Below the pieces are notes generated by a model. The model was not told the origin of the DNA and did no database searches. It saw only the letters and a list, made by a program, of their open reading frames with translations. The translations under genes and the position numbers were made by a program. Positions 57,337 through 63,580 of a DNA stretch of 64,000 nt are shown piece after piece; the stretch's first letter is position 1; every line of letters starts with the position of its first letter. Source of the stretch: a virus; IMG/VR virus record IMGVR_UViG_3300049046_000039, positions 1 to 64,000 of that record. One strand, 5' to 3'.

Positions 57337-57413
57337 TGGTGCGCGTGACGGGACTCGAACCCGTGACGTCATGATTTTAGAGATCACCGCTCTTCCAACT
57401 GAGCTACACGCAC
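57337..57413 (-). tRNA. Amber suppressor tRNA (anticodon CUA)
   Basis: GTGCGTG-TA-GCTC..GAGC-G-GTGAT-CT[CTA]AA-ATCAT-GACGTC-ACGGG-TTCGAGT-CCCGT-CACGCGC-A-CCA. Confidence 0.9.
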
Positions 57414-57652
57414 ATATTGTTTCTTATGTATGATGCTACCGAACTTGGCGTCATCACGTTTACAGAACATTCATCGTCTGGATATCGGAACTCCGAAGTT
57501 TCGAGTTCTACCGCGTCCACTAACTTCTTAGTGCCAGTCTCTGAGTTTACTATCTCGACGTAAGAGCTACCACGATAGTAGTAATAGTCAGTGCCGTCGA
57601 CGTTAATCGTTCTAGCACCCTTGCGCTTATTTGTCTTGCTCGGTTTACTCAT
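57404..57652 (-). CDS. Hypothetical protein
   Basis: GAGG RBS before MSKPSK; its TAG stop lies inside the suppressor tRNA 5' end. Confidence 0.6.
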   Translation of the reverse strand: MSKPSKTNKRKGARTINVDGTDYYYYRGSSYVEIVNSETGTKKLVDAVELETSEFRYPDDECSVNVMTPSSVASYIRNNMCV

Positions 57653-57669
57653 GACTGCCTCTTTAATAG

Positions 57670-57761
57670 CGGGTTGCCGTGTTTTCCACCATTGGAAAAC
57701 GCCTGTTTTGGCGGCGTTTATTGGAATCGAACCAATTAGTACGGTTTGCTGTAAGCAACCC
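57670..57761 (-). ncRNA. CAGCAA-stem RNA with a permuted T/acceptor/D tRNA-like module
   Basis: GGGTTGC-TTACAGCAAAC...GCAACCC-G; T arm ATTGG-TTCGATT-CCAAT; AAACGCC-GCCA-AAACA-GGCGTTT. Confidence 0.8.
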
Positions 57762-57770
57762 ATTTTTTTA

Positions 57771-57878
57771 CAGGATCAACTTGGTTTGTTGCCTTTACCG
57801 TTTGGCTATTCGTCGAAGTCGACAAAATGGGAATCGAACCCATAATACACAAATTGTGTGATTTGCTGAACTGATCCT
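57771..57878 (-). ncRNA. CAGCAA-stem RNA with a YrlA-like T/acceptor/D module
   Basis: AGGATCAG-TTCAGCAAAT...TTGATCCT-G; T arm, closed acceptor TTTGTCG-ACTT-CGACGAA, D arm TAGCCAAACGGTAAAGGC. Confidence 0.8.
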
Positions 57879-57887
57879 AAATTAGTA

Positions 57888-57984
57888 CAGGCTTCAGATT
57901 TAGGTGGGAATCGAACCCACACAGATCGATTAGAAGTCGATTGCTCTACCTTTGAGCTACTGAAAGGTTTGCTGTAAGAAGCCT
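57888..57984 (-). ncRNA. CAGCAA-stem RNA containing the D, anticodon (UCU, Arg) and T arms of a tRNA
   Basis: AGGCTTC-TTACAGCAAAC...GAAGCCT-G; promoter TTGACA-N17-TATAAT at 57994-58022. Confidence 0.8.
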
Positions 57985-58035
57985 TATAACCTAATTATAT
58001 AACTTTTGTCTAAGAATGTCAACTAGTTTTTTGCG

Positions 58036-58539
58036 TTAGCTAGTCGGCAGCTTAAGAGATTTTAGAGCAGCGATGCTCAGCGAGTTCTCGATCTTAAAGA
58101 TTCGATTGAGCTGAAGCGTAGAGCGTCTCCAGTGTGGAACCTTAAAGCTCTCGTACTCGTCCTTAATCTTTGATATGAAGTCTTGGCGAGCTACACCAGC
58201 AGCTCGATACTTATCCATCGCTTCTTTGTATTCTGGAGTTCCGGCCGGTGCCAGAGCCGCGTAGTCGGCCCACTTAGGATAGGCGTAGTCTTTAATGCGC
58301 TTATCGCTGTAGTAGTTCGGCACTTCAATACCAGTCTCGACGTGACGCCACTTAGTAGTGGGTTCGTACATCATTACTGTTACTGACTTACTGGTTCCAG
58401 TGGTAACAAATCCAGCGTAGACTGCAACTCTGGTATTGACATTGTGAGCGTATCCAGTGGTTACTGCTAGAACTTCTTCACCGACGTTAATAGTCTGCCC
58501 GATACTGTTAGTAAAGGGTTCACGAATTAACTTCTTCAT
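58036..58539 (-). CDS. Hypothetical protein
   Basis: AGGA RBS; sits between two ncRNA clusters. Confidence 0.7.
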   Translation of the reverse strand: MKKLIREPFTNSIGQTINVGEEVLAVTTGYAHNVNTRVAVYAGFVTTGTSKSVTVMMYEPTTKWRHVETGIEVPNYYSDKRIKDYAYPKWADYAALAPAGTPEYKEAMDKYRAAGVARQDFISKIKDEYESFKVPHWRRSTLQLNRIFKIENSLSIAALKSLKLPTS

Positions 58540-58556
58540 AATGATCCTATTGTTAG

Positions 58557-58684
58557 CAGGCTAGCTTTTGTGCTTTACGCGCTCTATCCAGCTGAGCTAC
58601 TCTCCCGCATGGTGGGAGAGGTGGGATTCGAACCACACGACCTCGTCCTTCTAATGGAATGCAATGAGTTGCTGAAACTAACCT
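58557..58684 (-). ncRNA. CAGCAA-stem RNA with a circularly permuted tRNA (degenerate anticodon arm)
   Basis: AGGTTAG-TTTCAGCAAC...CTAGCCT-G; T arm, CTCTCCC-A-CCA-TGC-GGGAGAG, TAGCTCAGCTGGATAGAGC. Confidence 0.85.
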
Positions 58685-58692
58685 AAAGTTAA

Positions 58693-58818
58693 CAGATTCG
58701 CTTTTTTATCTAACGTGCTACTATTACACCACACCCCGATAGATGGCCGGGGTGCCAGGAATTGCACCTGGACCTTTCCTTTAACAGAGGAATGATAGAG
58801 AGTTGCTGAAACGAATCT
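58693..58818 (-). ncRNA. CAGCAA-stem RNA with a complete circularly permuted tRNA-Asn(GUU)
   Basis: AGATTCG-TTTCAGCAAC...CGAATCT-G; anticodon arm, T arm, CACCCCG-G-CCA-TCTAT-CGGGGTG, D arm. Confidence 0.85.
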
Positions 58819-58821
58819 AAA

Positions 58822-58941
58822 TCACAGTGACCAGACGTCGGCGTCGTCTAAGCCGTCATCGTAGCCTTTTCGGTTTGTTGGATCGATAGCTGCGGCCAGA
58901 ACTATGAGGCCGAAAGAAACCAAGATAATGGTAGCAATCAT
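58822..58941 (-). CDS. Small single-TM protein (39 aa, not in ORF track)
   Basis: GGAGG RBS; MIATIILVSFGLIVLAAAIDP... Confidence 0.55.
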   Translation of the reverse strand: MIATIILVSFGLIVLAAAIDPTNRKGYDDGLDDADVWSL

Positions 58942-59051
58942 ACTATTAACCCTCCAAAACTCGTGTTAGCACTATAAGTGCAGCGTTGAACTGCTTTCCC
59001 TTATTGTGTCGAATATCGTGAGCGAACCAAGGTTTGCCCTCGGCGTCGTAT

Positions 59052-59088
59052 TGATCAGCCAGGAGGTTTCGTGCCTCCTGGCTGATCA
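59052..59088. terminator. Strong 15-bp hairpin after the DUF2828 gene (no U tract)
   Basis: TGATCAGCCAGGAGG/CCTCCTGGCTGATCA. Confidence 0.5.
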
Positions 59089-59096
59089 GAGATGAC

Positions 59097-60548
59097 TTAC
59101 CTGAAGTCATACTTAGACTGCATGACAGTCTTACGCATGATACCTTCGGGAGTCATGTCGTCGTAGTTAGCGCCGAGAACGGCCTTCATGATCGCTGGCG
59201 AGAAGCCAGAGACGAGGGCAGTTCCAGTCTCGTCGAATGAAACCGGCACGTTACCGTGAGAGTTGAGGTTCCAGAAGACTACTGCCGGAGCTTCGTAACC
59301 AGCACGACGGTACTCGTTACGGATCATCTCGATTGCTCGAGGGTCGTGAGCTTTCGCGCTAGAGCTCCAGCCGCCGCCACCAGTGCCTACGCACTGGTTG
59401 AACTGCATGTCAGACATGATTAGGAGCATCGTTGGCATTTCTGCCGCAGGCACCTTACCCTTGACTGCAGTATCGAGGATGCGATGGAGCGCCTTCTCGA
59501 GGTCGGTAGACATGTTCCAAGACGATCTCGCCATGGCGTTGTATCGCTGAGACAGCGTACCCTTGACGGTCACGAACTCAGGCTCACTGGAGAAGGTAAG
59601 GAACATGTCCTTGAACTTACCAGTGTTCTTGCTCGCGCAATAGAGACCTAGAGAGATCGCTACGTCGAGACAGGTGACATCCACGCCCTTCGTACCACCG
59701 CCGGCGCGGCAGCCCATAGAACCTGAAACGTCTACCAGAGGCAGAACGTTAGCGTCGCCGATAAAGTTAGGTAGAGCGTCCCACTGAGCGTTAGCCACGG
59801 TAGAGTCACCGTATCTCACGGTCTTGATGATGTCGTAAGGGTATACGGCACCAGCGTTGACCTTGACACCCTTGTCGCCACGCTTGAGAGCTTCCTTGTA
59901 TGCAGTGAACTGCGTAGGAGCCTTCTTAGCGAAAGCCTTGGTGTAGCGAGACATAGCCAGAGAAGGAACGTGGTTGAAGTTGATAGCTTCAAACTCACGG
60001 TTACACATCTGAGTCTCGACAACTCTCGTGAGGTTCACGAGCAGCTTGCGGTACTGCTTTGGAGACATTGCCATGAAGTTGCGCAGCTCTACAGCCTTAG
60101 CGCCCTTACGTGGCATCCACTTAGCGGCCAGACCATTACCGTTCTGGAGGTTCTCCTGAATGAGAGAGAACGCTACAGACTTCACTTCCTCGGTGTTGAA
60201 CACGAGAAGGTCGTCGAAGCGGCCCAGATCAGGAACACGCGACAGAAGGTTAGTCTTGGTGAGGTAGTCAGGGTTGACTTTCTCGAGATGGAGAAGGATG
60301 TCGCGGAAGAGCTTACGCTCACCGGCGCCGCCGCGGATGTCGCGAGCCCAGAGGGCGATACGGATAGCCAGTTCGCTGTCTTCTACCAGCGCCTTGTTGA
60401 AGAGGCCGGTAACGTCCTTGCCACGCATAGCGCCGATCTGACCAAAGAGGTCTACGTTGGCGCGCATGGTTGACTTGTATGCAGCCATGCCATTCGTGGT
60501 CTTGGTTTTTACAGGAGTGTTGTTTACTGCATTCGCAAAAGTATTCAT
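59097..60548 (-). CDS. DUF2828-family helical plus vWA protein (Ro60/TROVE-like architecture)
   Basis: T.NG; ARDIRGG.GER; AAKW.PR; VETQMC; VPS.AM.RY..AF; QW..L; MIDAS DVSGS; SDMQF; VFWNL; SGFSP. Confidence 0.88.
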   Translation of the reverse strand: MNTFANAVNNTPVKTKTTNGMAAYKSTMRANVDLFGQIGAMRGKDVTGLFNKALVEDSELAIRIALWARDIRGGAGERKLFRDILLHLEKVNPDYLTKTNLLSRVPDLGRFDDLLVFNTEEVKSVAFSLIQENLQNGNGLAAKWMPRKGAKAVELRNFMAMSPKQYRKLLVNLTRVVETQMCNREFEAINFNHVPSLAMSRYTKAFAKKAPTQFTAYKEALKRGDKGVKVNAGAVYPYDIIKTVRYGDSTVANAQWDALPNFIGDANVLPLVDVSGSMGCRAGGGTKGVDVTCLDVAISLGLYCASKNTGKFKDMFLTFSSEPEFVTVKGTLSQRYNAMARSSWNMSTDLEKALHRILDTAVKGKVPAAEMPTMLLIMSDMQFNQCVGTGGGGWSSSAKAHDPRAIEMIRNEYRRAGYEAPAVVFWNLNSHGNVPVSFDETGTALVSGFSPAIMKAVLGANYDDMTPEGIMRKTVMQSKYDFR

Positions 60549-60567
60549 GTTGTATTCTCCTAATTCA

Positions 60568-60622
60568 CGGGCTCAGTTTGGTTTGCTGTTTTCCGAAAGC
60601 TATGAGTTGCGGAATTGAGCCC
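60568..60622 (-). ncRNA. Minimal C(C/A)GCAA-stem element in the 5' UTR of the DUF2828 gene
   Basis: GGGCTCA-ATTCCGCAAC...TGAGCCC-G, about 20 nt before the ATG. Confidence 0.7.
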
Positions 60623-60630
60623 TAATAAAA

Positions 60631-60816
60631 CGGGATGCGCGGCTTGCTTACTGCCTGCTGAACTAGCCACACGTCGCAGTGACCTCGATCTCTTATTCGG
60701 AGGAGCACCTACACCGTTTATGCTCATGAAACGGTACAATTGGGACGGCGGCCGAAGCCCCGCCGATCGCTAGAAGACCTCGTTAGAGGCCGGTCAGTTT
60801 TTGCTGAAGTCATCCC
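60631..60816 (-). ncRNA. Large CAGCAA-stem RNA with multi-hairpin, non-tRNA cargo
   Basis: GGGATG-ACTTCAGCAAAA...CATCCC-G; internal TAAC- and TTCG-capped hairpins. Confidence 0.7.
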
Positions 60817-60824
60817 ATGACTTG

Positions 60825-60898
60825 TGGAGCGGATAGCGAGACTCGAACTCGCCTCATCTGGTTGGAAGCCAGGTGCTTTACCTCTAAGCTATACCCGC
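60825..60898 (-). tRNA. tRNA-Gly(UCC)
   Basis: Full cloverleaf GCGGGTA...CT-TCC-AA...TATCCGC-T-CCA. Confidence 0.92.
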
Positions 60899-60967
60899 CC
60901 TATTGGATTATGTGCTAATATATATACCCGTTCCAAATAAATGTCAACAGGTTTTTAACATTTTTTC

Positions 60968-61522
60968 TTAATCGTGATCGTAATCACTGACTTCGATGCC
61001 GTTAGCTCGAGTGATCATTACAGTAACGTGATCGCCGAACATAGCGCGCATAATGTCTTCGTTATTAGACACCAGACCGTTAAACCTACGCATGGCTTCT
61101 CTCTCGGACTCAGGAATGGCCATGTCCTTCTTAAGTCGATCGATCGCGTCCTGCCAGTACTGAGAGTCTCGATCCTGATTGAGGTACCCCTCGTATCGCT
61201 TTACTTCAGACTCACTGGCGTCGAAGTTAATATGAACGCCGTAGTAGCGGTCTGCGTAGCTCTCGTCTTCATCTTCACTGAAGAGATCCTCTTCTCGAAC
61301 AAAATAGAGAGTGTTTACGCTAAATACGCACTCCTCACCGTCATTGAAGTAGGGTGTGTACTGCGTCCAAGTAACTGCTGCTACTGTCGGAGCTTCATTG
61401 AAGAATGCTTCAACGACAGACTTAAACTTTTCTTGAACAGAAGCCTGAAATGCTTCGGCCTGAGCCTGAAGCGTGGCCTGATGCGCGCTGATGGCGTCGG
61501 TAATTTGCTTAAGCTCACTCAA
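60968..61522 (-). CDS. Hypothetical protein
   Basis: WTQYTPYFNDGEECVFSV; FGDH..V..T..G..V..YDHD. Confidence 0.75.
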   Translation of the reverse strand: MSELKQITDAISAHQATLQAQAEAFQASVQEKFKSVVEAFFNEAPTVAAVTWTQYTPYFNDGEECVFSVNTLYFVREEDLFSEDEDESYADRYYGVHINFDASESEVKRYEGYLNQDRDSQYWQDAIDRLKKDMAIPESEREAMRRFNGLVSNNEDIMRAMFGDHVTVMITRANGIEVSDYDHD

Positions 61523-61886
61523 CTTTCTTACCCTTTTCCTCAGGCGTCTTATGCGCCATCTTATGCTTCATTGTTCCAGACATCCAACCCTCGATTGGCA
61601 TGGTGCCTAACCACTTCTCGACTGTTGGAATGAAGCCCAAGTCCTCGATGATGTGCTCTTCGGCGATGTCTCGAGTACTGACTTCCTTACCGTCGAGATT
61701 GATGATAGTCTTACCGAACACTTGCTCTACGAGATAGCATCCGAAAGACGAGTGAAGAATAGCTCTATGCCGAATGTCTGGCATAGCGATCTTCGTCTGA
61801 TCGATAAAGTCGTGAATCGGCATGTAGTCAGAAGGAGTTCCACCCCATCGCTTTACGCTAATTCTCGCGTGAAGAAAGGGCTTCAT
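61515..61886 (-). CDS. DUF6915-like protein
   Basis: P..HA..S...WGG...DY..IH.F.D..K....D.RHR..LH..FG....E..FG; R.IAE.H..ED.G.IP. Confidence 0.75.
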   Translation of the reverse strand: MKPFLHARISVKRWGGTPSDYMPIHDFIDQTKIAMPDIRHRAILHSSFGCYLVEQVFGKTIINLDGKEVSTRDIAEEHIIEDLGFIPTVEKWLGTMPIEGWMSGTMKHKMAHKTPEEKGKKVE

Positions 61887-62272
61887 TACCAGTCTCCGCT
61901 AGAGCCGCCACCGCCAAAGTCTCCACCGCCGCCAGAGAAGCTACTCGAAGAGTCTGAGGAACTAGAAGAGTCCGAAGAACTCCATCCGTAGTCGCTCGAA
62001 GAGTCTGAGCTGCCAGATGATCCACCAAAGATCATAGCGCTGGAAGTGGGTGTGTAGTCGTCGTCAGATCTACGCGAGTAGCTCGATCCGTAAGTAGAAG
62101 TCTTTCTCTTCGGCTTTGACTTGTAAGAGTCTAGGCGAAGCCGAGCCGCATTGATGCTGTCGCGAAGCTGCTCTTTGCTCTCGAGAGTCTTAGCGACTTC
62201 AGAAGTAGAGTAGACGCGCTCTGACTTATTGCGCTTAAACAAGCGCTTGAGGAAACACATATTGTTCTCCAA
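61886..62272 (-). CDS. Hypothetical protein with a Ser/Gly-rich tail
   Basis: Ends FSGGGGDFGGGGSSGDW; the likely start is ATG 62260. Confidence 0.7.
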   Translation of the reverse strand: MENNMCFLKRLFKRNKSERVYSTSEVAKTLESKEQLRDSINAARLRLDSYKSKPKRKTSTYGSSYSRRSDDDYTPTSSAMIFGGSSGSSDSSSDYGWSSSDSSSSSDSSSSFSGGGGDFGGGGSSGDW

Positions 62273-62404
62273 AAAAGAAGGTGGGGCATCACTCTCGCGT
62301 TAAGAGAAGGAGAAAACGCAGCAAGGAGGTGATTAGAGTGATGCCCCGTTTAGCCGTGCCTGCCAGCACCGGCTAAACTCGTTATCAAGCCATCTAGTCT
62401 TGAT
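62271..62404 (-). ncRNA. Candidate sRNA/leader with an anti-Shine-Dalgarno loop
   Basis: TTGACA-N17-TATAAT (62411-62439), three hairpins, loop ATCACCTCCTT, terminal T tract. Confidence 0.6.
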
Positions 62405-62537
62405 GGAGTGATTATACTATAGTCACGGGAAAATGTCAACAGGTTTTTAGCGACTATTCAATATTTGCTTTCGTATTTCGTTCACTATATGTTCCGTTTT
62501 GGAGGTTTCCGACCGGTTTTACGGGCACTCAACAATA

Positions 62538-62795
62538 CTAGAAATATTCGCTAGCGCGAAGCAGCGCGTCCTCACAATCTTCCAGTTCAGACTCGGATAT
62601 GCGCTTCCACATAGCGTCGGTGATGGGATGATCGGAAAGAAACGCGATGTCGTCTATCTCGGGTGTTGGATAGTCTACGCCCACGTCTGGCTCGGGTGGA
62701 TGAACTCGACCGTACACTAGTACCGGAAGACCACCTAATATTCTAGCTTCGGCTTCTACAGTGTTGTAGTAGATTCTGCGGTGCTTCTTCTTCAC
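62538..62795 (-). CDS. Hypothetical protein
   Basis: P.EPDVG motif. Confidence 0.6.
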   Translation of the reverse strand: MKKKHRRIYYNTVEAEARILGGLPVLVYGRVHPPEPDVGVDYPTPEIDDIAFLSDHPITDAMWKRISESELEDCEDALLRASEYF

Positions 62796-62796
62796 G

Positions 62797-63066
62797 CTAC
62801 TTACCGAACGTGTTCTTGAACGGACTGGGCATAGTGGACTGCTTCTTGGGAGTAGCGTCCTGCCACTCCTGGTAGTAGTCCTCCAGCTTCTTCCACTCCT
62901 TGTCGAAGTCTTTCTTGCCGTTCGAGCTGAGAGTCTCTTTGTAGGCGGCGATCCACTCTTCGGCCTCGATCCAGAAGCGGATGTTCTTACCGTTGATTCT
63001 GTTCGCCTCGTCCATCTGGACCGCTCGGCGATACCTCTCCCAGAAGAACCTTACTATATCCTGCAC
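62797..63066 (-). CDS. Hypothetical protein
   Basis: GGAGG RBS, GTG start. Confidence 0.6.
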   Translation of the reverse strand: MQDIVRFFWERYRRAVQMDEANRINGKNIRFWIEAEEWIAAYKETLSSNGKKDFDKEWKKLEDYYQEWQDATPKKQSTMPSPFKNTFGK

Positions 63067-63067
63067 G

Positions 63068-63385
63068 CTAACCTCCCGTGTATCCCCAAGTCTTAGTGAT
63101 GTCGTTTACTGTAGACGAGTACTTGATGTCGTCTAGAAGCAGAGTGCAGAACGCAAGAAGAACTAGCGAGTCTCGATCTTCTACTCCGTCTATCTGAAAG
63201 TGCCTCGCTTCGACGCCACACCGCATCATTCGTTCTTGAATTGCTGGAGTCAAGCTGTCCATGCTCGGAGAAGCTGGAGTGTTGTTAAACGTCTCAGTCC
63301 AGCGAGACTTTACGTCTTTAACCCAGCTACGAAATTCAGCCTTCTTGCTTACCGACGATGCTATATCCGGCATACGGACCTCCAA
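63068..63385 (-). CDS. Hypothetical protein
   Basis: GGAGG RBS before MPDIAS. Confidence 0.6.
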   Translation of the reverse strand: MEVRMPDIASSVSKKAEFRSWVKDVKSRWTETFNNTPASPSMDSLTPAIQERMMRCGVEARHFQIDGVEDRDSLVLLAFCTLLLDDIKYSSTVNDITKTWGYTGG

Positions 63386-63580
63386 AATGACATCTTGACG
63401 AACCCTTCTCGCGATAGCACTTATCGCACACCGGGCAACTGCACTCTTCGTACTCTGGCTCTACTCGCTTCTTACTCATCGTCTTCTCCTGGCCAGTAGA
63501 CCGGATGTCCCGGCGGTAAGTGGAAAGCGTTAGAGCAGAACTGGCCGCCCTCGTAAGGCTCGCCGCAGGTAGGGCACACT

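Noticed and set aside
57653-57763. N-terminal extension of ORF 57404..57763
   Set aside because: It runs through a structured RNA cassette; there is a better start with RBS at 57652
57888-57984. Calling this a functional tRNA-Arg
   Set aside because: No 7-bp acceptor stem or CCA; annotated as a tRNA-like ncRNA instead
57670-58818. CRISPR-like array suggested by recurring TTGCTG words
   Set aside because: The repeats are only about 7 nt, with covarying stems and structured tRNA-derived interiors; no cas operon. The Cas4-like nuclease at 45 kb sits in the usual phoH-linked exonuclease position
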